From the NCBI GenBank assembly GCA_965649765.1, contig OZ287755.1, forward strand, positions 3,782,001 through 3,846,000: 64,000 nt of DNA, read 5' to 3'. The DNA comes from Bispira polyomma. Its lineage: Eukaryota. Below, piece after piece: positions 52,961-64,000 of the stretch. Every line of letters begins with the position of its first letter. Position 1 is the first letter of the stretch. The notes beneath the pieces are model-generated. The model saw only the letters and a program-made list of their open reading frames with translations. It was not told the DNA's origin and ran no database searches. The position numbers were made by a program, and so were the translations under genes.

Positions 52961-55649
52961 GTTATCCCACCAAATGACACTAGTGAAAACTATCAAATTG
53001 TTAGTGCTTCACTTTTCTCCGTTTAAAAACATTATATGTAAGGCCACTATTAAATGCCAGAAGTAATAATCAGTGGTGTGTGTTTTAGTGACTCTAGTTA
53101 TCTGTAAAATATAGCCCCCAACAGCCCCCCCCCCCTCCACACACACACACACCCACCCAGCCCTTTAAAAAATCAGTTCCTGGCAAGAGTTTTCTCTTGG
53201 GGTCAAAAATATTATTTGTTTATGGAATGACTAAAGTATTCTGTGTATGTTTTATGTGTGTTTCATTAGTGACTATAGCTAAATGTTGTCCTTTACCAAA
53301 AAATTATCTTGGCCATGGATTTATCTTGGGGTTGAAAGGAACCCACGTTTAACTTGTCTTGTGTCATTTCACGATAGGCAGTTCACTGGTAGCTGAAATC
53401 AGGACTGGTCAAGTGTTTCTGCTTAGCCGTCGAGATAATCAATGTTTTGCTGTCAGTTAAAACACAATTTGAAATATCTTGAGCAAAAAAAACCTGGATG
53501 TTTAATTTTCAGAAAACAAAACTATTTCTAAACTGTTGGTCAAATCTATAGTTATATATGTATATTAGTTAGTCAAAACCAAAACATTTCAGACAAAATA
53601 TAATGGTAAGAATAAGAAAACATGTTTATATATATTTTTAGGTTCAGTGACTTTTCTAGGGCATCAAATAATGCTGTTTTTTCCTTTCCTTTGTGAGTTA
53701 GACATATCACGCAAAAGAATTGACATGTTTTTCTACAAATGAAGACCCAAGAAATCATCTTGATCATTTATTTTTATCCCATCTGCACGCAATTTTCTTG
53801 TTCCGATCCTCTCCACCCACCAAAAAAACATAAATAAAACAGTTGCACTCAATAAATCTCTGACTTGTGTGAAGACCAGGTATTTATCACATTTAAGAAG
53901 AGACAAATCCAATGTAAATTGCCATTAATCGCTTGTTTGTTTTTCATAATACCTGCCTGAAATTATTTCTGATCAGATCCACAATCTTTTAATAATTTTT
54001 TTTCACTTCCCTGAAGAACTGATTACTTTTACTCTTTTTATATTTTTTTTAAGACTGATTTCCTTTAGTAAGAAAGAAATAGTTTTTTAGGAAGGGCCAA
54101 ACTGGTATACCTTCAGTGGCCAAAATTTGCATGATATGCTCTGTGCATTAAATGAATGTTGTGGGAAATATAAAATGCAAATAAATAAATGCAGATTCAA
54201 AATAGGATTTTTGCAGAAAATTTGTCCATCAGAGTGCCTTTTTATTCAGATTGAGTTGTCATTAACTAAATGAAATAGCATTGTTAAAATAATTATTTAA
54301 TTGTCAATTATTTTGGTGTCAGTACATCAAAAGGCTTTATATATTTAAATTGTCCCATATATGCACTAGCATTTTGAGTCTTTTTATGTGGTTCAAACGG
54401 TGTAAATGATAAAGTAATTGTGCATGGTAATATATATATTTTTTTTTTCTAATTATATTCTACTATATTTCACCAATCTTTAACATTGCTACGATTTCTG
54501 ATAGTGACTTATTAGCATTAATGGTTGGGTGTTATTTCTGATTTGTCTTTGACAAACTTGCAATGAATTATTTGTATGATATAAATTTGTCACTAAAAAA
54601 TATTACTGGAAAATGAGTGGAATTACTTTTTCTCATTATTAATTTTTTTGGTAAACATTAATACAAATAGTGTAATTCAATGGTTGAATTAATTGTCATT
54701 GGTTCACAGTGCTGCAGTACTGGTGTCCTTCACCATTGGATCAGGCTGTCGTGGTATGACCTGCGCTGAAATAAAACCCAACTACATTAACTAGATTAGT
54801 GTAATTAATAAAAGAAATAAATAACACTGCCATTTAAATCAACAATACAGCTTGCCTAACCAAATTAGTTTGTTAAGCAATATCATTTCATACTTTCAAA
54901 ATATTTGATTGGCAGCGGGACTCTTTTCTTTAAAGACAACGAGAAAAAGAAGGTGTGCTGCACTTGTTAAATACTCATATTTTAATGTTTTAATCATCTT
55001 AATTGTCACACCACCACCTATTTTATTGATAAATAGTTGATAATGAATCACAGGACCACCTCCATCCAGTGAGGGTACATACAACTGATACATCTTTCCT
55101 TTCACCAGAAAAAAAGGAACTCTTTTGATAGTGCTTGAGTTTGACTTCAACTTGAAATTGTTTGTTCCTGATTGACTGAAAGATCTGTTCATGTATTTTT
55201 AATCCTTATTTATGACACAAGGCTGGCTGAGTCTCAATTTGATTATTATTTTCTCGTTTTAAAATTGTTGTGTTAATTATTTTACTTTCAGGTTTGTTTG
55301 TTTTTGTTTTTTTCTCATTTACTTTAATTCCTTTCGTTAATAAATCCCCCACCCCTTCACTGATGATAAACATGAACACATCAAACCTTATTTTACTATT
55401 GAAGCCTACCACTTGTATTTTACACACCAGAATCTTCCTGTATAATTTAACACAGTGGAAGTCACAGAGTGGTGTAAATCTAAAGCAAATCTACATAGAT
55501 TAGTCTTATCCAATATCCTAATTTTCTGCACCCATAAAATACTTACAATTATTGGCAGCAGACCTCTGTTTGTCATTACTATTTTGTTAGTTCAGTAGCT
55601 TCAGATTTTTTTATATGTAGCTTTAGACAACTGTGTTGAATGTTGTGGT

Positions 55650-55865
55650 TCCCTGTGTTCTAGTGATTAGGGAGTTAGGCATTCTGATCAGAAGGTCCCT
55701 AGTTCTATTCCCGGTACCGGCCTATAGTTTCATTGGTGGGATAAAATCCTTGGGCAAATTGTGTACACACATTTGCCTAGTGACCCAGATGACCACTTAA
55801 AATTGCAGTGCTCTGTCACCGGGTCATATCAACATTGGTTGGCCTAAGATCCTTATGGACGTTAG
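55650..55865 (+). mobile_element. tRNA-derived SINE (degenerate)
   Basis: GTGTTCTAGTGATT A-box-like; AGTTCTATTCCC B-box-like; TCCTTGGGCAA core. Confidence 0.5.
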
Positions 55866-57251
55866 TAAATGGTCATCCTCAAGCCTCTTTTTTCAGTTAG
55901 ATGAATGAGGAAGTTGATTGTTTCAGTCAAAAAGAGTTAATTCGATCTCTGAATACCAGATGAAGGTAGATATATTTGCTGAGTATAAATCTGAATACAA
56001 ATTCGAATATTGTGAAAAGCAGCTTATTGATGTGTATTACCAGTGCAGATTAGTTGTCCCAAATTTCTACGTTGTAAACCACTGGCCTTCCTAAAGTCTG
56101 TTATTTCTGCTATACATAAAGTCAACATTGCATGTGCAGATTGGAGCTTCAAAACATATTTTGCTGCTCCCTTTAGATTTAACACATATTAGATTATGAT
56201 AGTGATAGATTGTCATAATGTAAACCACCAGCCTATTTCCAAATTTTAAACATCCGTGCCAGGATCAAGATTAGAACCCACAACACTAGAGGTGGTAGGT
56301 GAAGATGTTACTACTACATCACATAGACTACTATTGAGCTGTAGACGATGGCTGGTACAAGGGACTTTATACATATTAATTATTATATTGTTACCTAGAG
56401 TAAAACACCAACTGTATTGATTATTTATTGAAAATTTATTTCAGTTAAAAATATTCCGTTAACACAATTAATCATTTTGGAACGTGGAGCTGGGTTGTTA
56501 ACTTTGGCAAGAAGTTAACATGTTTTGACCCACACTAAAGTCTATGGATGGCTAGGACATGGGCCAATGTAATTTACCTTGTAGTTTAATAAGTTGTTAC
56601 CTTATACATCAAAAATTCCAAGCAAATGGGAGTTTTAGTCAAATCAATTATTTGTGTACGTTTTAATATGCCGACCTTGAGAGATCTAAGTCTGTTGCTA
56701 AAACACATACCTTTCTATGTTGTATCCCATTACAAAGGTGTTTGCATTCTGCTGGGTGCTCCTGTTCTCAATGCAATGTGGCAAACAGTGCAACAGTAAA
56801 ATAGGTTCAGTATCCTGGTAATGAGCATGCTTTATCTAACTGGTTTCCTGTAACAGATATTATAGGTTCTTAAATGTATTAAGTGATGTTTCAATCATGA
56901 CAAGCAATTGGACCTACTGTAATCCTAGACCTTAACTCTCAAGCCGAACCTAATCTAACTTTATGTAATGCATATGTAGTCATTTTTTCCCGTTTATGGT
57001 GTGACGTTTTTGCAACAATTTGTTTTTCATAAAGCTCAAACTGTAAAGCAATAAGTTAGAAGTGCAAGTTTGACCTTCATACGGTGGTCTTTATTTATTC
57101 CTTTTGCGTCTTTTTTTTCAACATGCTGGTAACTAAACGACTGGAATAGTGGCAACATACTGGCCTACCACTTCAACAGTTGTGGGTGCGAGTCTTACAG
57201 AAGGAATTTGAATTTAGTTGGGTTTACATCACTTTCAATAGCTTAGGTCAT

Positions 57252-57865
57252 CTGGGCCTGTATTCACTAACATTCTTATATTACGAATTATTCTTAGAAA
57301 ACCGAGTATTTTGAAGAACAATACTAAGTAAAATAATTTTGGTATTCACTAATTATGTATACTAAATTTTCTAAGAATGAACATTAATTCTAAGTATGAT
57401 CAAGACCTTGCTTACCTTAAAAATGACATGGCATTCTTATGTATTTGATGAATATTAATTTTATTTAGGTTTTTTAAAGCTGGAGTTGGATATTTGTGTC
57501 ACCTTCTCCAAGAACATATGGGACCTATTTTAATAGCATTCTCAGTCTTAAAATTTCTGTCATTCTTAGATTTCTAAAAATAAGTATAAGAATTTCGGTA
57601 TTCACTAAAATCTTATTCTCCATATTTGGAGATCAGAGTATTGTAAACAGCGGTCACATGATTATCATAAAACATGTGTGCCTACATTTCTATTCACAAT
57701 CCTTGGCTAAGAAAATTATTATTCTAATAATTAATTCTAAGCTAAGAATTGCTTTGTGAATACCATTTCATTCTAAGAATCAGAAAATTATTACAATATA
57801 AATTTTTCTAAGTTTAAGAATAATTCTTATTCTAAGTATAGGATTGTTAGTGAATACGGCCCCAG
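57252..57865. mobile_element. MITE with long imperfect TIRs (PIF/Harbinger-like)
   Basis: CTGGGCCTGTATTCACTAACA ... TGTTAGTGAATACGGCCCCAG, with internal GTATTCACTAA and TTCTAAG/CTTAGAA repeats. It abuts a SINE tail on the left. Confidence 0.8.
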
Positions 57866-58779
57866 TTTGCCCTTGTAAATATTTATGTGCCATGATAGGG
57901 GTCACAGGTGTTAAGTCACGGTATGTAAGTAGAATACTTGAAACTATGGTTTGAGGTTTATTATTATACATGTGAGTTCTATATGTATATTTACAAGTAG
58001 GGTTAAAAGTATAACATGTTTTTTTATAAAAAAATGCAGTAATTTTAAAAGCACATCATATCACACATGTGGTATAAAATAACAACATAACATGTGGATA
58101 AATCAAAGGACTAGCCATCATAAATTACAAAAACAGCATATTGGAGTGCACCAATCAACTGAAGTATATGAACTAAATATGTCCTAATGTACAAATCCCA
58201 TATTAATTCAACATTTAATTCAATCATAATGGCTCCCTCAAGCTTATAACATGAATCGACGTTTAAACCATCTGATATGAAAAAGAAGACTTCTTGAAAG
58301 TTGGATAACTAGTATATAGCCAAAAGTGACTAAGGTTAGAAGCCAGGACCAGACTAATACTCTAACAGTAGCTTACTAGCAGGGACCTGTCTCCACAGAC
58401 GGGAATTCGGCCATAAATACTAAAACTTTTTGTTATTTTAGAAATATAACGAAGTTATATCTATTTATAACCTAGTTAATATAGTACTCACAAAAATACA
58501 TTGTAAAGAGGAGGTGGTGGGAAAATATATGTGCCCACTATTACTGATTCCTTTCCAAAATGTAGGACCCCAATGTACAAGGGTAAGTGTAGAGGGTAAT
58601 ACATGTCATTGATGTGATTGATGTCATAACAGAGGTGATAAATGTGTGTTGTGTGTGTAAGTAGAAGACAGTGAAACTAAGATTTGAAAAATTTATTACT
58701 ATACATATTAGTTATGTATTTATATACAAGCAAGTTAAAAGTATAGCAATTTTTAAAATTCACAGTAATTTAAAAGCAC

Positions 58780-60490
58780 CCAAACCAAGCTAAGAAAAAT
58801 GGGGAATAGAGGAGGCAAAGGTAAGTGGAACTGCAGAAGTAGCTTGTGAGTTTTTGCAAAGGTAAGACCCCATGGCGTAATTTGTCCCGAGCCTGTGGGT
58901 CATCATGTTCTGCGCTTTGTTGGAGTGTGGGGCTATTCTTGAGATTCGGAAAAATCCAACGAAAGCCAGCAAGAAAATTGCCCTATATAGGGTCAATGAG
59001 AATGTGATATGCTTTAGTAATAAGGGAGAGATGGTAAATCTCAAAATTCTCTTGGGGAGTGGCCTGAACGAATAAGTGTGAGCTACGCTTCTAGTGAACA
59101 TTGAGACTGTATTATTTTTTAAAATATTGATGTCAAAATATAACTTCTTGGCCATATGTTCAATGGCTGCCAAGTAGTTGTTAATCATGTTGGAGAAGAA
59201 CCTGTTTAAACTAAGTATTCAAGAAAGGCTATGAGTAAAGATGTCTACATTTGCTGAATTCCAGCATAGCAATTGAAGGAAATAAATGTTTTAAACTGAT
59301 TGTTAGTCATTTTAGTCTTAGGATGCAAAGTACAGTTAATTCTCGGCCATGCTGAAATGGGTGAAGTTCTGTGTGATGTGGGTGGCACCTGCAATTATAT
59401 ATTCAGATCTAAATTAAAGTATTGTATTGGTATAGGATGCCAAACACACGTACTTCTTAAGATATTAACTTGTTACCTATGAAGGGGTTGGTCAGAAAAT
59501 AATCTAGTTTCATAACCCCTAACATTTTGAATCCTAATACTATGTGGCTGATATCAACCAAAATTCCTTAAATAGAAGGTCAGGAAACCATCTTTGGTTT
59601 TATTGGACCTAATTACCAGTACTACATCCACATTGTCACAATTCATAATTATTCATTTGTGACTCCACTGCTTACTGCAGACATGTAATGCTAGAAGTAT
59701 GTTTAGCATTTCAATGCGAACGATGGACAAAGTGTGCCCATATATATTGTATAAAGGGGTAGCATATGTGAGACAGGCATCTGTGAAAACTTCATTCTCG
59801 TGTTTGTTTACAATAGGGTCAATGAATGTGACCCTATTGTAACATGGGCAAAATTTCACAAACCATATTAAATCCACTTTTATGTCATCAGACGTTCAGT
59901 CGGGACTTGTTTTCTAAAAGCCATGAGTACTATATTAATGAAGATATGGCTTAACGCATTTATGTATGTATAGAAGTTTGCCAAGTATGGAATGGAACCT
60001 TGTTCTTGAGATCCATTGCTTGTTTAACGCCTCTAAACAAATATGTAAGTTTTCCAAAGTAATAGTGCCTTAATTTATGTCAATATCAATGCTAAGGTAA
60101 GTCATTCTTTAATTAGGTTTGGTAATTTTATCCAGATTAAGCAGAAAACCAAGAGCAGTGAATAATTTGTGCAGTTCTTCAAATGGCCTGATATGTTTCT
60201 TGTGATGTTGATACGCTGACATAATCGTCTATGTCGCAAAATACTGTGTGGTTGAGTACGTTCATGGTGTGTGCTCTGACAACCATGAAACCAGCTGAAC
60301 CTAATTGCATGATCAATGTACTTATTGTCTTCAAAACAGATGCCCAGTTTTATGGCATCAACTGGATCTACTGTCAAATTACGAAATGTTTGTATAACTT
60401 CCAACTTTAGAATCTTTGGGTTGTGTGTTTCGCGAATTTTCTAGACAATATCATCAATAGTTGGAAATTTAAGTGTGAAGTTCACCTCGG
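58780..60490 (-). mobile_element. Tyrosine-recombinase retrotransposon copy 3, heavily degenerate and internally deleted
   Basis: TLKFPTIDDI, FRNLTVDPVDAIKLGI (RT); FTDACL, IEMLNILLAL (RNase H); INNYLAAI..YRAIFLLAFVGFFRISRIAPHS (YR). Confidence 0.85.
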
Positions 60491-60584
60491 TAAGAGAGAT
60501 GGTGAAAAAAACCATTGCTGAAGCGTTGTAAATCACCGTCAAAGGGCAAGTACCCCACAAACTTTTCCACATGAATGAATTTGA

Positions 60585-60802
60585 ATTTAGTTATGTTGAC
60601 GTCAATTTTAACAGCTTAGGTCATATTACAAAAATCAGATTTAATGGTGAAAAAACTGGTGTTGAATAATTTTAAAGAATTGTAAACCACCGACCCACGG
60701 CCAATACCTGACAAACCTTCCTACATAAAGGAACAAACATGATTTCAACCCACATTGGTGATAGGTTAGTGATTGTGAAGTGGTGCTTTCTCAATCACTG
60801 CT
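60585..60802 (-). mobile_element. tRNA-derived SINE
   Basis: Same tail (AACAGCTTAGGTCATAT) and core (TGTAAACCACCGAC) as the other copies. Confidence 0.6.
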
Positions 60803-60829
60803 CCTATGTTATGGAATAGTCGCTCACTT

Positions 60830-63800
60830 GAGTTTAGATCACTGGAAACACTTCATGGATTTAGAAGAAAACTTAAAACCCTAATTCCCTATCTGTATAC
60901 TTCCATATCCTTTCTTCCAATTTGAGTATCTTTTTTTGGACAATTCTAGTTGTTAATTGATTCTGTTGTTGCTCTTTAGAAGATGATTTGCATCAATAAA
61001 CCACGTTAAAAATGCAAATACCCATCAATCCCATTTTGAGTGAAAGCTAACTATTACACTGACAGTTCTCAAATAACTTTACACATGAGTGACAGCTGTC
61101 AATCATACAGGCAAGTCTGCAGTAATTTCACACATTAGCGTCACTTCTTCCTTTCTTACAGAAACCGCAGATGACGAATGGGGTGAACACTCAAAGCTGT
61201 GGGATTTAGATTGGCTATACTGTATTTGAATACATGAGAAAAAGACACCCACAAAGCCTGTGATAAAGAGAACGGATGATGAAGTTTAGCGCTTGAGTGG
61301 TGGAGGTGTTGACGTGCGTCAAGGCCACATGATGATCTAGATGATCTTGGTGCTGATGCTCAGATTGGTAGGAGCAATGGAGAGACCTGTTGACCTTAAT
61401 CACAATGTCTTTGTCATAGCTCAAGGCCATTAGACAGGCTGGGTGATTATGTGTACATGAAGACCGGGTCAGCACATTAGGTACTAAAGATGGATAAGAG
61501 TGTGATGTGGACACACTACATCCAAGGCAGGTATTCTGAAATACATAGATAGAGTTGAATTACTAAATGTAACTTTAGCATGTATTTGTGATAAAGTTGT
61601 ACCAATTCGGAATTCGGAAAGACAAGCAAGAAACAAACAAACTGCAATTTTAGAGCAAGGTGTGTTGAGTTTTCAAAATACTTGAGTGAAAGGTTTCAGT
61701 AAAATAACTTTCCCAATGTCTTCTATTGTATACTTAACTAATTAAAAGCACTAATTCACTTTATTTCGACTGTCCAACTTTAGCCAACCAGCACCAGCAT
61801 TCGCTCATTCCCTGAACAAAAGAGATAAGCTTGTGGAGGACACCATTCATATAAAAAGTCTCTAGATGTTCTTCACCTAGTCACTGGGGATAATACCCAA
61901 TGACAGGGCAAACTGTTATGTCAGCAACAATATACCTGACTTTACCCCGGGCTGCGATCAAACCCAAGTCCCCCATTTTCCTGAGTGTGTGTGTGTTACC
62001 CAATAGGCCACCTCCTGTAAACATGATTGCTAGTTCATCACTCAGAGATTTCCAGTGAATTCTCTTCAACAAATATATTTTTTTACTTTATTCATGAAAA
62101 TAAGAAAAAAAACATAAATTATCTTCTTTAAAGGTTGACCTATAAATGGGACAGTAATGCAATCGCTGCAATTGATAAAAACAGACAACATACAAAACCT
62201 AGTTTATGCAGAATATATCTAGTAATTATCTTAATGGTAATAAAACAGTCCTAACTGTAATACCCCCACATCACAACTAGTCGCTACTTTGTAACAGATT
62301 TAGGTAACCAAGTTATAAAGATAAATGGAAACATTTGATTGCAATAAGTTAGAAGTAGTTAAATGGAACCATCGTCTTTATCAAATATAACCAAACATTT
62401 CACTTACGTGATGTTTCAATGAGCAAACATATATACATATATATACATGATCATAAGTTGACTGGCTACTGCAGATGGACAATCTTTAAAAAATGAAAAC
62501 ATTTGGTTTGAATTTTATTTCAAACATCTAAAGAACACAACAGAATGATATTCATGTATAGTGTAAAATCTGTTTTATATTTTACCCAACACATCACCTG
62601 TCAGTAGATTGCCTTATTACTGCAATGACAAGTCATACCATGTCATATTGTAGCACAAGCAGTGGGGGTATTACCCTTTCGTTCCCCATGATGTCAGGGA
62701 GATATCTTTACTGATAACAAACACCATTGGGAAGCCATTAGTGTCAATATCAGTCTCTGTCTGAGTTCAAGTCTAGACCATCATCAACTATAGCTGCAAA
62801 AACTGATGATTTTGTATATGTACTGACAGCTGCTAATTATGATGCATTGAACACTTTAATTTTGCTGAATGTATTACATGTATTAGTGTTATTTTGAGTT
62901 TTGATTTTGAAATATATGGATTCATTTATTTATTCTTGTTGAAAAACAATTTTTTATTAAAATCAAGCAGTTCTTGGCTGTAAACAGAATGGGTTGTTCA
63001 ACTAAATGAGATTTGTTCCTTCCTGAAGTAATATCCATATTTCTCTATCTTTTTATAGTGATAACACCAACCAACATCTAACCTCTTAATCAAAGCCTCA
63101 ACATTAAGATCTAGTGACATAATAGTGTCGTGTGCAAGCCTAGACTATGTGAAAGCTTTCACAAACATAGCAGGGTACTAGAGGGAAATTAAGAAGAACT
63201 TTATTATTATCACAGTCATTGGTACAGCTGTGTTAACTGAATAACTTTAAGTGAATACTTTATTTCTCAGAATCACATTTTTACCTTTGCCAAGAAGGCA
63301 TGTTTTTCACTGTGTCTGTTGAATTGTCAAAATTGTGACTACTTTTGGGGGGTGAGTGTCATGACTTTTTTGGTCTCCATTCAGATGAATGTTAGATATT
63401 TTGCACAAATAGAGTTTGGTGTGATTTAGAAGGTTGTTCAAAAGCTATTCTTCCCTAGAGACAATTAAAAATATAACATTTCTATTTCATCAACAGTATA
63501 GCTTTATTCAACAAAATTAACATTGTTCAGTAACTATATTGCTCAGTGTCACATGATTCGATGGTTAGAGGACTCAGTTCATTAAAGACAAACAGTAAAA
63601 GTCTAAGCACACCAAATTCACATTATGTACTGCTGCGGCTTGGATTTTGTTGGCACCCACTTGTGACAAATCAACTGCATAAGAATTATTTTGTCAGATG
63701 ATGTAAGAAGAATTATACTAATTCACTAATTTTGAGAAGCTCACTGGAATTGAATTATCACCATTTAACTACTTTTTGTTTAAATGTCAGTAGAGAAGTT

Positions 63801-64000
63801 AAAATTGTCAGAAATGTTCCCTTAACTAAAATAAGTTAATTAAAGTTTTTGCTAAAATGCCCCAAGTTTACTGTGGTTAACAAGGTTGAGTGATGTAAGT
63901 GTGAACTTGTTTTAAGACATGCAAACGTACATGTGTAATTTGCCTGTTGATATTAATTATTTTTAATTCTTTGAAAATTGGTTACTTAAAACTTGAATAT
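60830..64000. repeat. Segmental duplication of 28240-32390 plus 41880-43180
   Basis: Colinear matches, e.g. TTGGGAAGCCATTAGTGTCAATATCAGT, AGAATCACATT, TTTTTTGGTCTCCATTCAGATGA, GTTAACAAGGTTGAG. Confidence 0.92.
61103..61535 (-). pseudogene. Paralogous KCNMB-like last exon with a frameshift
   Basis: Same acceptor and NTCLGCSVST start as 29230. Two 4-nt deletions at ~61272-61276 destroy the WPTF motif and shift the frame. Confidence 0.82.

Larger units (their letters stand above)
50965..54765. repeat. Diverged direct duplication of ~1.2 kb (50965-52235 vs 53675-54765)
   Basis: Colinear matches, e.g. AGACAT(G/A)TCACGCAAAA.AATTGACATG, AAGACCCAAGAAATC, GTACATCAAAAGGC, TTTGACAAAC, CACCATTGGATC. 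Confidence 0.85.

Overview
AT-rich, intron-containing, repeat-dense animal genomic DNA. The repeat families suggest an invertebrate, possibly a mollusc or other lophotrochozoan (inference). No prokaryotic features or CRISPR arrays are present. Host genes: (i) a two-exon minus-strand gene encoding a ~286-aa two-TM protein resembling BK-channel beta subunits (KCNMB/CaKB family), with a ~19.7-kb intron and a frameshifted paralogous exon 2 at ~61.1-61.5 kb; (ii) a three-exon ankyrin/coiled-coil/death-domain pseudogene on the plus strand (14.8-18.1 kb). Mobile DNA: three decayed tyrosine-recombinase retrotransposons (DIRS order, Ngaro-like), all on the minus strand, plus L2/CR1 and L1/Tx1 LINE pieces, a MADF-encoding Harbinger-like remnant, tRNA-derived SINEs, MITEs and minisatellites. 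The most interesting signal is an expression architecture shared by two divergent YR retrotransposons: TATA/Inr, a ~100-nt leader intron, and a phase-1 donor in gag paired with a phase-1 acceptor in front of the YR ORF, which predicts a spliced Gag-YR fusion. One element also has a canonical -1 frameshift signal. The other has three PAM2-like (PABP-binding) motifs and a 16-aa repeat in an expanded pol N-terminus. All assignments were made by eye and no searches were run.
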